The notes beneath the pieces were generated by a model. That model searched no databases. It was not told the origin of the DNA and was given only the letters and a program-made list of their open reading frames with translations. Below are positions 1-9,845 of a stretch of DNA of 34,285 bases, one piece after another. The stretch is from Narcine bancroftii (lineage: Eukaryota), in NCBI RefSeq assembly GCF_036971445.1, contig NC_091477.1:113737716-113772000 (forward strand). The letters are read 5' to 3'. The stretch's first letter is position 1; each line of letters starts with the position of its first letter. A program made the translations under genes and the position numbers.

Positions 1-55
1 TGTGTTTGGCTTTTCCAATGTAGAAGAAGCCACATTGTGAACAACAAATACAATC
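1..55 (-). mobile_element. Penelope-like element GIY-YIG endonuclease fragment
   Basis: Minus strand translates to ..CICCSQCGFFYIGKAKH, matching the YCIxCxxCGLLYIGET motif of PLE endonucleases. Confidence 0.65.
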
Positions 56-149
56 CGTCCAATGGCTGCATCCTTCCTTCCTATTACTGACATTCTCATT
101 GTTCCACTCACTGTCCTCCTCCACTGTCTCTGCTACATGGACTAGTTTG

Positions 150-270
150 CTTTCTTTCTCTGTTCTGATGAAGGGCCTTCATCCTGAAATGTTTAGTGTT
201 TCTCTTTCCACAAATGCTGACTGGGGAGGAATGTGCAGCTGAGGCGCTGCTGTGACCCAGTGGAGCTGAA
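150..270 (+). mobile_element. Penelope-like pseudo-LTR fragment with minimal hammerhead-like core
   Basis: CTGATGA(165-171)-agggccttcatcct-GAAA(186-189), followed by the tttccacaaatgctgactgg tail shared with other copies in the window. Confidence 0.6.
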
Positions 271-607
271 CTCTGAGGTGGGTCACCGCCGACAGGAGGT
301 GGGAAGAGAAGAGTATTCATTAAAGCATAGACTCTTCGACGACACTTGTCAATCCATAGGTCCATAAGTGTGGCACGGAGGATCACTGGGGTTTCCCTCC
401 CCCCACCCCTTTGAGGATATCTTCCACCCTGCCCTCAGCATCTTTCAGCTCCTCCCATCGGGAAAGAGATACTGGAGGATCAGAGCTAGCACCACCAGGT
501 TGAGGAACAGCTTCATTCTATGGGCAGTGAGAATACTGAACAACCAAAGGAACTGCTCTCTCTAACCATCTGAGACACTCCTAATCATATTATTTATTTA
601 CTTGTTA

Positions 608-847
608 TGTGGTGAACCGCACCACTCCTTTCTCAAACCAGCATCCATAGTTGTGGGCCCCTGAAGGACCAGGAATTCTCGGTGTCTGGGGGGTGACAAA
701 GAAATCTGGGAGGTGCGTAACTTCAGAGGTCGGACGGTTGTGATAATAGTGCACCAAGTATAATTAGTTTAACTCCTGCAAAGATTCCAATAAATAGTTC
801 TGTTCGTTCAGCTCACAGACAACTTCTGTTGCGCTTTATTCACTGCA
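608..847 (+). mobile_element. Probable solo LTR (Gypsy) inserted in the LINE tail
   Basis: Termini TGTGGTGAA...TTCACTGCA, internal AATAAA; ends resemble the LTRs of the 21971-25075 element; absent from the second LINE copy; no clear TSD. Confidence 0.55.
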
Positions 848-893
848 TGTATATTGTTTGTCTGTATGTATGTATGATATGTATGATATGTAT

Positions 894-1149
894 GATAACG
901 CCTCAAACCGTGCATCTTGGCGCCTCACAGTTTGGCGGGCAGCAACCTCCTTTGAAGAAGACCGCAGAGCCCACCCCACTGACAAAAGGCAAAGGAGGAA
1001 AAACCCAACCCCAACCAACCAATATTCCGCTGCAACCGTGTCTGCCTGTCCCGCATCGGACTTGTCAGCCACAAATGAGCCTGCAGCTGACGTGGACTTT
1101 TTACCCCCTCCATAAATCTTCGTCTGTGAAGCCAAGCCAAAGAAAGAAA
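894..1149 (+). mobile_element. RTE-clade LINE 3' end
   Basis: ASNRASWRLTVWRAATSFEEDRR..KRQRRK, then CNRVCLSRIGLVSH zinc-finger remnant in another frame; aaga-repeat tail; flanks atgtatgata/atgtatgtta. Confidence 0.75.
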
Positions 1150-2489
1150 ATGTATGTTATGTTTGGTTGTGTGTCTGCATGTTTTGCGCTGAGGACCGGA
1201 GAACACTGTCAAGCTGTACTCGTGCAATCAGATGACAGTAAACTTGCCTTGACTTGAAAGTATATTAATGTAGACAGTACACTATTTCCACTACTGGGCC
1301 AATGTCAAAAGGTTGATTCAATTTCACAGTAAAGCCTTAAACAGGCTTTGATGAAGAGTTAGCGAATTCTATCTCATCAACAGAACAGAGGCATATCACA
1401 GCTTAATAACCTGTTAATTTTCATCTGATAATTTAATATGTTGTGTGGATCTGAATGTGCTGTGAAGAATTACATCCAGTGAAATCCCTGAAGCCTGTTA
1501 TCTGAATCTGCGATACGAGACAAAAAAACTCCATTAAGAACGATTACAATATCTGCAAGTTATAGGTGACAGAAGGGATAATCACAGCAGTAATTCAACT
1601 CTCTCACATTAGGTAATATTCCAGGTTTTGCCCTTGTGACTTGTAAGGTTATCTTCAACTCCTCATAATTGAGTGAAGTACCAAAAGGATGGCTAATGGG
1701 TTATAAAAAAATTAGGATTAATGGGGACCACATTGGTTTCTCCAATTAAAGCAACAACCTGTTGGAAAAACCATTAAGACACTGTCGATACTAAGGTGCA
1801 AATAATCACCATTAAAAGATTCCTTAATGGCGTCTTCATTGTGCTCCGTGAGGTGATTGATGTTCTAGGAATGCCTCCTGCTTCCCTTTGGTTTTACCTG
1901 TTGCCACTATTGAATGATTTGCCTTCTCTCTTACAGTGGTAATGACCTCTGTTCTTCTGGTTGCATTTAAATCACACCTCAAACCTGTCATTAGATGAAA
2001 CTCGATTGGTACCATCCAGGGTAATCATCTTTGAATAGGTTAATCTTTAAATTCCTTAGAAGCTAGTCATTGTTGTAAATGTGCAGGTGGCCAGGGGAAA
2101 AACAGGACATTTTAGTGATACCACTAAAGAGCCTTGACACTCGATGAGTGAGAAAGAAACAAATCAATGCAATGTTGTCAGCTGCAATTGAATAAAATTA
2201 ATTATTCCTTTTGACATTTTTGCATTCCACAAGTGATGGGTGTGGTAAAGAATCTGTGCCCCGTTTTTATATTTTATTTATATTTTCACACAAGCTTGTA
2301 ACAATATACATTGTTAGTTCCATAATTTGCAACTCGTATTCAAATTTACATATACTCCATTTTCATTATTGACTGTATACACAGGCTCGTGTCTTTTCCA
2401 GCACCCACCACATCTAATATAAGGCAGCTCATCCAGACTTAGACCAACGACGAATCTGTGCCCCCTTCACCATTAGATGGAAAAGACAT

Positions 2490-2686
2490 TGTAGTTCTGA
2501 TTTACACAGATGATAACATATTTCCCAGCATGCAATGTGTGTGGTTGGACAGAAACCGGAAGTGGTTTACCATGGGAGTTGCGGGCGTTGTCACTGGAAG
2601 TTGGTTGAAGCAGCTCAAGGAAAGTCAGTTAAGTGTTTAAACCCACGTAAAGTCGTTCTTCTTCAAAGACCAAGCATAGAGTAACA
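2490..2686 (+). repeat. 5' LTR
   Basis: TG...taACA; core cagaaac..gaagtggttt..gcgggcgttgtc.ctggaagt..gttgaagcagctcaaggaaa shared with 5859-6038; left boundary approximate. Confidence 0.75.
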
Positions 2687-2699
2687 TGGTGCCAGAAGT
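2687..2699 (+). promoter_or_regulatory. Primer binding site, tRNA-Leu-like
   Basis: TGGTGCCAGAAGT directly after the LTR-terminal CA; resembles the TGGTGTCAGAAGT Leu PBS. Confidence 0.75.
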
Positions 2700-2725
2700 T
2701 TTTGAGTGAGTAGGAGTTAGTAAGC

Positions 2726-3887
2726 ATGGATAAGCCAAGTCGTCCCACACCAATGCAGTTTACTGGCAATCTAGCTGATAATTGGAAATGTTTCAAACAG
2801 AGATTCAACATTTATTTAGAAGCTGGTGGAATGGGAGAGACTGATTGAAAACGAAAAGTGTCTATGTTTCTGCATGTGATGGGTGAAGATGCCTTGGATA
2901 TCTATAACAGTTTTCAAGTCGATGAGACAGCTTTCACACTGGACACTCTGATGACAAAATTTGAGGAGTGTTTTGTTCCAAGTGAAAACATTATGTTTGA
3001 GAGATTCAAGTTTTTCTCTTGTGACCAGAAGCAAGGTATAAGCTTTGACTAATACTTAGCCGAGCTTCACACACTGAGTAAGTCCTGTGAATTTGGAGAT
3101 TTGAAAAATTCACTTGTTAAACACAGAATAGTTTCCAGATAATGGAGCTGGAGAAAGACAGTTGCATGAAAAAGATTTGACTCTGGTAAAGGTTGTGAAT
3201 ATGTGTAGGATAGCAGAGAGCATACAACCAGAAGCTAAGGAGCTGCACAAGACAGAGACAACAGTTAAGGAGCTGCATAGATTAGACACAATAGGGCATG
3301 CAATGAAAACAGCTAAGCAGAGCTCCAGGAGTTTCCCAAAGCAACAACAAAGGAAAATAGTTAGCAAATACAGCAGGTGCGGAGGTAGATATATTCCAAA
3401 GATGTGTCCTGCCTGTGGAAAGCCCTGCTATAAATGTGGGAAGAAGAACCATTTTGGAAAGTGCTGCAAAGCAGGGGATACCAAGAGAAAGGTATACCCA
3501 GTGGATGAAGAAATGGAGTTCATCGTGGATTCACTACAAACTGCTGCTTGGATCATTCCAGTGATTGTGAATGAGACAGTAATTCCATTTAAGCTGGATA
3601 CCAGACCCCGGTGAATCTGTTATCTATGGATGATTACAAGACCCTCAGCATGAAGGGCAAGATTTATCCTGTGAAATTAAAAGAGACAGGCTACACTGGA
3701 GAGAATGTTCCAGTAAAGGGGGGCTGTACGGTGACTTTCAAACAGAAAGGAAGGCATCTAAAGTCACAGTTACTGATTGTAGAAAAGAGAATACAGCCGA
3801 TATTAGGTCTGTGAGCATGACCTAGTGAAAAGAGTTTTCATAATGGCTTCACAGACCGAAGATAAGCACACAACACTCAAGGACGGA
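2726..3887 (+). pseudogene. Decayed gag + aspartic protease
   Basis: MDKPSRPTPMQFTGNLADNWKCFKQRF.., zinc knuckle CYKCGKKNHFGKCC, protease FKLDT(GA-like, frameshifted)..VNLL..PILGL; several stops and frameshifts. Confidence 0.9.
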
Positions 3888-4210
3888 AGGATAACTACAC
3901 TGGAGGAACAATTCCTTAACGTACAGAGAGGATCCACTTTATTACACGACACGAATGAAAAACTGGAAAATGAGGTGGCAAATAAGGATGCCTTCTTTCA
4001 CCAGCTAGAAGACAAAAATAGACAGTTACAGGAACACCTGGAACTGGCTGAACAGAAACTGCAGCAAACAATGGAAGAAGCAGAAATGTTACCAGAAGTA
4101 GAAGCTGAACTTGCCCAGCGAATTGCCGCTCTGACAAAGGCCGAGGAGCAGCATAGGAGGACATTTGAGACAATAAGAGACTCAGTTTGAAGAAAAAAAA
4201 ATCAGTTGTA
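3888..4210 (+). pseudogene. PPFIA2: Captured liprin-alpha coiled-coil cDNA fragment 1
   Basis: [70 protein letters not shown] matches the liprin-alpha N-terminal coiled coil; paralogue assignment tentative. Confidence 0.85.
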
Positions 4211-4261
4211 ACTTTTCAAGTAAATGGGGTCCTTTTATTAACTTTTTTTCATAATCTATAA

Positions 4262-4626
4262 CAGTGGTTCTCAACCTTTTTCTCAATCCACATCCCACTT
4301 TAAGTATTCCCTATGCCATCGGTGCTTTGTGATTAGTAAGGGTTTCCTTAAGGTGGGATGTGGGCGGAAAGAAAAAGTTTGAAAACCTCTGTTTTAATAG
4401 TCCCTCATTAACTCGTTATGTGCACGGTTTCATAACTCCAAAGGAAATGCGCCCATGACAATTTTTCCTCGAGCAAAATATTTCAGTAACAATTGGGTCT
4501 AGAGCAGTGATTCTCAACCTTCCCTTCCCATTCACATACCAATCCCTTACAAATCACAGAGCAGCAATGGCATAGGGAATACTTGAAGTGGTCTGTGAGT
4601 GGAAAGAAAAAGGTTGAGAGCCACTG
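4262..4626. mobile_element. hAT-type MITE
   Basis: TIRs CAGTGGTTCTCAACCTTTTT / AAAAAGGTTGAGAGCCACTG; 8-bp TSD atctataa/atctaaaa. Confidence 0.9.
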
Positions 4627-4948
4627 ATCTAAAAGATCATTTAGATCTTGTCTTGAGTTTTTTTAAAAAAATGGTAATGAAACTGTTTTTACCAAATAAC
4701 TTTGGAAAAGAAGAGCATCGAATTTGTAGAATAGTATCAATTTATTTATTTTTAAAAAAAATCTTTTTCAATTATGTTATAACTGATTAAATGATTACTG
4801 GATTATTTCCTTATTTTTATTTGTTTGTTGTGATATCTAATTTATATGTAACAGATTTTCTTTTGTATATTTCATTTTTCATATTATCTTTTATATTTAG
4901 ATAAATATGGCCTAGGTTTTGCATTATTTTATTATTTTAAAAATTTAA

Positions 4949-5069
4949 TTGAAACAGAAGAACCAGGAACTGCAAAGGGCCCGACAGAGAGAGAAAATGA
5001 ATGACCGACTTCTAAAAGAAAGAATGGCTGCATTAGAGGATAAGAATACATCCGATACAAGAATCTGAA
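4949..5069 (+). pseudogene. PPFIA2: Captured liprin-alpha cDNA fragment 2
   Basis: KNQELQRARQREKMN-DRLL-KERMAALEDKNT, then IQESE after a frameshift; DRLL and IQESE recalled as alpha-2-like. Confidence 0.8.
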
Positions 5070-5070
5070 C

Positions 5071-5775
5071 CAACTTGATAAAGAATTGGAAAATGCAAAC
5101 CATTTTCTTTCAACTACAAAGCTTAAAGGAGCCACCAGAGGAACTGGCTGTTATGCGGCCAAGATTGTGGAAGCCTCGAGTGAAGCTCACAGAGTTGAAG
5201 CCCAAGATCAATTGCTATTGGCAAAACAGGAAAATAAGAGAGTGAATAAATATTTGGATTAAATTGTGAAAGAAGTGGAGATGAAAGCTTTGCTTCTGAA
5301 GCACCTGAGTGAAGAATATGAACAGATGCATAAATCTGTGGCAAATCTCTCAACTAAATTAGAAGATGCCATGAAGTAAATTTGCCATCTACAAAAATGT
5401 ACTGATGAAGTGAATAAGCTTCATTACTCAACAGGGAGAATCAGAGATACAAAATGTAAGTATCAGATCTTTCACAGCAGAATAGGGGGCTTTTGATGGA
5501 ACTAGAAGATACACGAGGAAATCATATTTTATGTGAAGATGAAGTTAGTTCTGCTGACATAAGCAGCTCCTCTGAAGTGATTTCTCAGCACCTGGTGACC
5601 TATCATAATGTTGAGAACTGCAAAAGCAAAATCAACAGCTATTGGTATCTGTTCGAGAGCTCGCTGATAAACAGGAACTTCACAGATTTCTGAACTTCAG
5701 CTGAATCTTGCAGATGCCCTAAATGAACTTGAACAACTTTGTGAAGCCAGAAGTTATCAGATGCAACTGGTGGAA
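5071..5775 (+). pseudogene. TPR: Captured nucleoprotein TPR cDNA fragment
   Basis: [73 protein letters not shown]....YQMQLV is collinear with the TPR N-terminal coiled coil; intronless, with stops and frameshifts. Confidence 0.9.
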
Positions 5776-5843
5776 AGAGACTGACCATGGAATGTAGATA
5801 CTTTGTTATGTAGACTTAGTATTGTGTTTGTATGGATTTTTTT

Positions 5844-5856
5844 AAAAGGGGAAAGA
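5844..5856 (+). promoter_or_regulatory. Polypurine tract
   Basis: aaaaggggaaaga just before the 3' LTR TG. Confidence 0.75.
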
Positions 5857-5858
5857 TA

Positions 5859-6038
5859 TGTTGTTATGTGTGTAAGTAAGAACTACATTTCTCAATATGC
5901 AATAAGCGCGTTTGGTCAGAAACTAGAAGTGGTTTTCGATGGGATTTGCGGGCGTTGTCCCTGGAAGTCAGTTGAAGCAGCTCAAGGAAAATGAAGTCAA
6001 ACCCACAGAAAGTCGTTCTTGAAAGAACAACCATAACA
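5859..6038 (+). repeat. 3' LTR
   Basis: TGTTG...taACA; homologous to 2490-2686. Confidence 0.8.
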
Positions 6039-6149
6039 ATAATTCTTTAGTAAAGTAATTGAATAAATATTAAATGGCATACATATTCAATGGGAGAATT
6101 TTCTTTACTTTGTTGGTGATGAGCATCCTCAATGGAATTAAACATGTAA

Positions 6150-6220
6150 TGGAGGGTCACTGACTGAAAATATTAACTGTTTTTCTTTCTACAGATGCTG
6201 CCTGACGTACTGAGTGTTTT
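6150..6220 (+). mobile_element. Penelope-like pLTR fragment
   Basis: gactgaaaatattaactg..acagatgctgcctgacgtactgagt resembles 19555-19620. Confidence 0.5.
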
Positions 6221-6239
6221 TATTTGAATATTTTTGCTT

Positions 6240-7720
6240 TTCAAAAAGGCACACGGATCCAAAACAATACAATCTTTCTTAGAGCCCTTCCCCCTCTCCC
6301 TTCCCTCCCATACCTTAATAGGACAAGGAAAAGATTATGTAAATTAAACAAACATAATAAACCAAAAATCTATAGAGTCACAGACTCTTAAAGGAACCAA
6401 ATATAAACCCAGAGTAACATAGAATGAAATGAAAAAGACATGAGAAAAAACAAGAACGCGTCATCTGCGGCACGACCTCCTCATTTATCTCAGTCGTTCC
6501 GCTATCAGTACGGATTTTTAACTCTTCTATTTAGAAGGGGTGTAACTGTATCTGCGTACCTATATGTTGCCGATGAGGCTGCCGCACCCTGAACGAATGT
6601 GTCCTATTTTCTCCTTAAATTGTATGTGATTTTCTCCAGGGGATTACAAATCTGCATTTCTGTATTCCATCGTGTAATGTTAAGTTGGGAGTCAGACTTC
6701 TTATACACTTCCTGGCTACCACCAAGGCGACCTTCACAAACTAAATTTGCTATCTGGACAGTTTAAAACTCGTATCCATAATGTTTCCCAGAGGTTCAAT
6801 TCTCGATCCTGTGGAAAATCCACCTTTGTAATTTTTTTCAGAATGTCCCTCAGGTCCTCCCAGAAGGATCTCACCTTTGTACACAGCAAGGTTGAATGGA
6901 TAAAGGTTCCAATTTCCATACCACATTGAAAACACATTTCTGAAATTTCTGTTTGGATTTATGTAATTTTTGTGGTGTGAGGTACAGTTGATGCAAGAAA
7001 TTATATTGCAGCAACCTGTACCTGGCATTAATGACAACTGTGGTGCTGTCCAGACACAGGTCTGACCGGCACCGCTTGTGAATTGTGCCCAAGTGCGATT
7101 CACACCTTTCCCTTGCCTTACTTAAGACCGGCTTTGGGCTCTCACTTTGGAATAGGAGATACATCATCAAAATAAACTTACACGTATTCCCCTTTTGAAT
7201 TAGAATCTCTGTGTCACTACACACGGTCAGGGCCATAGATGGCCCCAAATTATCCCTTAAGAAAGATCTTAACTGAAGATAGCAGAAGAAGATATTATTT
7301 GACAAATCATAATTCTTCCTCAGCTGTTCAAATGACATGAGGTGCCCCTGTTCATAATAATTCTTGATACATCTGATCCACTTCCAGCACCAGGTGTCCA
7401 GGATCTTATTATCCAGAGTCATAGCTGTTAATCTCTTCTGAGATGAGGGGAATTTAGCAGATCACACCACCTTTAGCCCGATGCATTGATTTATTTTTTG
7501 CCATGTCTGAATTACATGTTTTAATATGTTTTAATGTCTCCCTTGATATTAATTTGGTGCCCCACTATAATTCTGCTATCTTTTCTCCTACTGTGTGCGG
7601 TCCAATTTGGGCCCGGGGGGGATACCCCCCCTCACCTTGTAGAGAGAAGGGATAAACCTTGACTGGGCCACCCAATAATATCTTTTTTTTAAAGTCTAGT
7701 AATGTCAGTCCTCCCAATTC
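6240..7720 (-). mobile_element. L1-clade LINE, 5'-truncated (ORF2 C-terminus + 3'UTR)
   Basis: GGLTLLDF..YYWVAQ, FFCYLQLRSF, NARYRLLQYNFLHQLYLTP, CFQC..GTFIH....C...FW C-terminal zinc knuckle. Confidence 0.85.
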
Positions 7721-9099
7721 CATACTGAGTGCTTCCATCATTTTGTGCTTTTTTTCAGATTTTCAACATATACACATTTAGAAAAGCAATCTTAAAGCTG
7801 AAATCAGCTAGCTCAATGATTCATAATCTACATTCAAATGAGGCACACCTTAAACACTCTATTAGTTCATATAACCTTTTGGGTGCAAGGTTGTGTGTTG
7901 ATTAAAAAATGCTAAAAAATGTATTTATTCTTTGCATCTAGCTTTTAATTTTATCAACATTCAAGACATACTCTTTACTTAAGTACCAGTATTTAGAATG
8001 ACCCAACATTACAAACTCTGCAAGTGTTATTACTTGTATAATCTGCCTTTCTATAATTTTAGGCATTGAGGAAGTGTTTTCAACATCAACCTAAAATGGT
8101 TGCCTTAGAAACTAAGGATATAATTTGTAGTCCTGTGCATTTTCTACACACCTGGCAAAATAAAACTAGGCATTTCTGTGCTGTCTGCATGAAACAGCTG
8201 GAAAGTGTGGAGACAGAATTGCTCAAATGGAGCCTTTGGTTCTCGTTTGAACATTTGTCACTGCAATATTTTGAATTTTTAATACAAGTGCTTTCCAGCC
8301 TCACAGATGCTCACTGACCAGTTCCATGTCTTTGCGACTTCCTGCTTACTTTGGCAGATTTTCAGTAACCTTGCGAGGTTTGCTCTGAATGGTTATCTTT
8401 TGACCTGAGGCTCTAAATTAATAATTTGCAAAATGTGCACTGCCTAGAATGCTTGATCTTTATCTGCTCCCTGTTTCATGATCCAAATTCCTTTTGTTTT
8501 TGCATTTTGACTCTTTTTAAATCTCCTTTAAATCAAACAGGATAGAAATTGACTGAAACTTGTTGCTTTCCATTTGGGGATTAAATGCAAGGTTAAACGG
8601 CACTCACTGGTATGCGATGGGCTGAGCTCAACAGCCAAGTATCTGAAGTGAGGAAAGCATGAGGATGAAAGTGAGTGGGAAGTGGAAAGGACGAGTGGGT
8701 TAAGGTTTTCAGTGTGGATTATCTGTCGGTTTTGATGAAAGAGCACACACCTGAAATGCTACCTCATCTACTCTTCAGAGGTTTTTTGCTCTGTGAAGTG
8801 TTTCCAATATCTGTTTGGTTCTGAGTCAAATGAGGCTACATCGTTCTGAATGGATAACTGTACAGCAATTATAGGGAGAAGGTCTGGCACCTGACAAAGC
8901 ACCTGCCACATTAATATAGTGAAAGGGTTTCAGCAGAAATTGGTGTTTAATTGCAGTTATCCCAATGAAGGATAAGGTACTTTGTCAAAATGAGCAAATG
9001 ATTATGAAATGTCAGGCAGTAATATGAATGTATGGCGCAATAATAATTTAAGGGGATGAAGCTTGCATTTTCTTTGAGTACTTTGAAATCAAGGAGAGG

Positions 9100-9220
9100 A
9101 AAACAAAAGATCTGACGCGGAATGTAAAGGAAAAACACGTTGAAAAAACTGGGCCAGTTGAGGAACATCTGTGGAAAGAGAAACCAGCTGATGTTTCATT
9201 TCAAGGAGCCTTCTTCTGGA
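9100..9220 (-). mobile_element. Penelope-like pLTR fragment (degenerate)
   Basis: Minus strand cagaagaaggctccttgaaatgaaacatcagc..tttccacagatgttcct resembles the other pLTR copies. Confidence 0.45.
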
Positions 9221-9264
9221 GTGGGGTGGGGGGGGGGGTGTGGGGGAGGGGAGAGTGGAGTCAT

Positions 9265-9530
9265 TCCAGTTTGAGAGGCGGAAAGGTGGTTGAGGAGTGA
9301 GGTGAGATTTTTGAAAAAAAGAAGCACAGATAGTTTAAGACGGATCAAATGATCAGGGGCAAAAGTGCAGATGTAGATAAGGCATCTGACCCTTTGGCCT
9401 CTGTTTTCAGGGACTACCATATACTGTACTCCATGTCCCCGCTTTTCTGGGATTGGTTCTGTATCCAACCACTAGCTGATTCATAGTGGTGTTTGTACTG
9501 TAGTTTACCCATGGACCCAGTCCAGAGAAC
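9265..9530 (-). repeat. Unclassified interspersed repeat, copy 1
   Basis: Reverse complement aligns with 12315-12530 (ggactgggtccatgggtaaa..cccagaaaa..gtccctgaaaacag..ctcaaccac..ccgcctctcaaactg). Confidence 0.8.
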
Positions 9531-9704
9531 ATGTTATGAAAGGTTAAAAAATGGCAGGAGTCCAAAGAGTTAAAGGAATAGGATAGGAAAGAGTTGTAAG
9601 TGACACAGTTAGTCCAACACTATTGGTATTCGAGAGAAATGGATCATGAGCAAGTAACAGAGATTTAATTGGGCACAGCTATTGTGGGCCAAAGGAACTA
9701 TTCC

Positions 9705-9845
9705 ACCGCTATTACAGCCCCAGTGAACTGGGTTTGAATCTGCCACTGTCTAAGGAATTTGTGCTTTCTCCTCATGACCTCATGGGTTTCCTCTGGGTGC
9801 TCCAGTTTCGTCCTGCATTCTATAGGGTTGGTGGTTGATTGGCAA
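9705..9845 (+). mobile_element. HE1/V-SINE-like SINE
   Basis: ttacagcccc..gggtttgaatc (B box)..aaggaatttgtgctttctcc..tgggtttcctctgggtgctccagtttc. Confidence 0.75.

Larger units (their letters stand above)
350..1257 (+). mobile_element. Rex/Babar-type LINE 3' fragment, interrupted by two insertions
   Basis: HPALSIFQLLPSGKRYWRIRASTTRLRNSFILWAVRILN is the typical RT C-terminus. The 3'UTR resumes at ~848 and ~1150 and ends aaacttgccttgacttga. Homologous copy at 32455-32980. Confidence 0.8.
2490..6038 (+). mobile_element. Non-autonomous Gypsy (Mag-like) LTR retroelement carrying captured host cDNA fragments
   Basis: Related LTRs at ~2490-2686 and 5859-6038, PBS, PPT, decayed gag+protease; no RT, RNase H or integrase motifs between the LTRs. 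Confidence 0.85.

Noticed and set aside
3825-4190. Genuine host PPFIA exon
   Set aside because: Fused to pol, inside LTRs, degenerate and without splice sites
5493-5693. Functional TPR gene
   Set aside because: Internal fragment with stops and frameshifts, no introns
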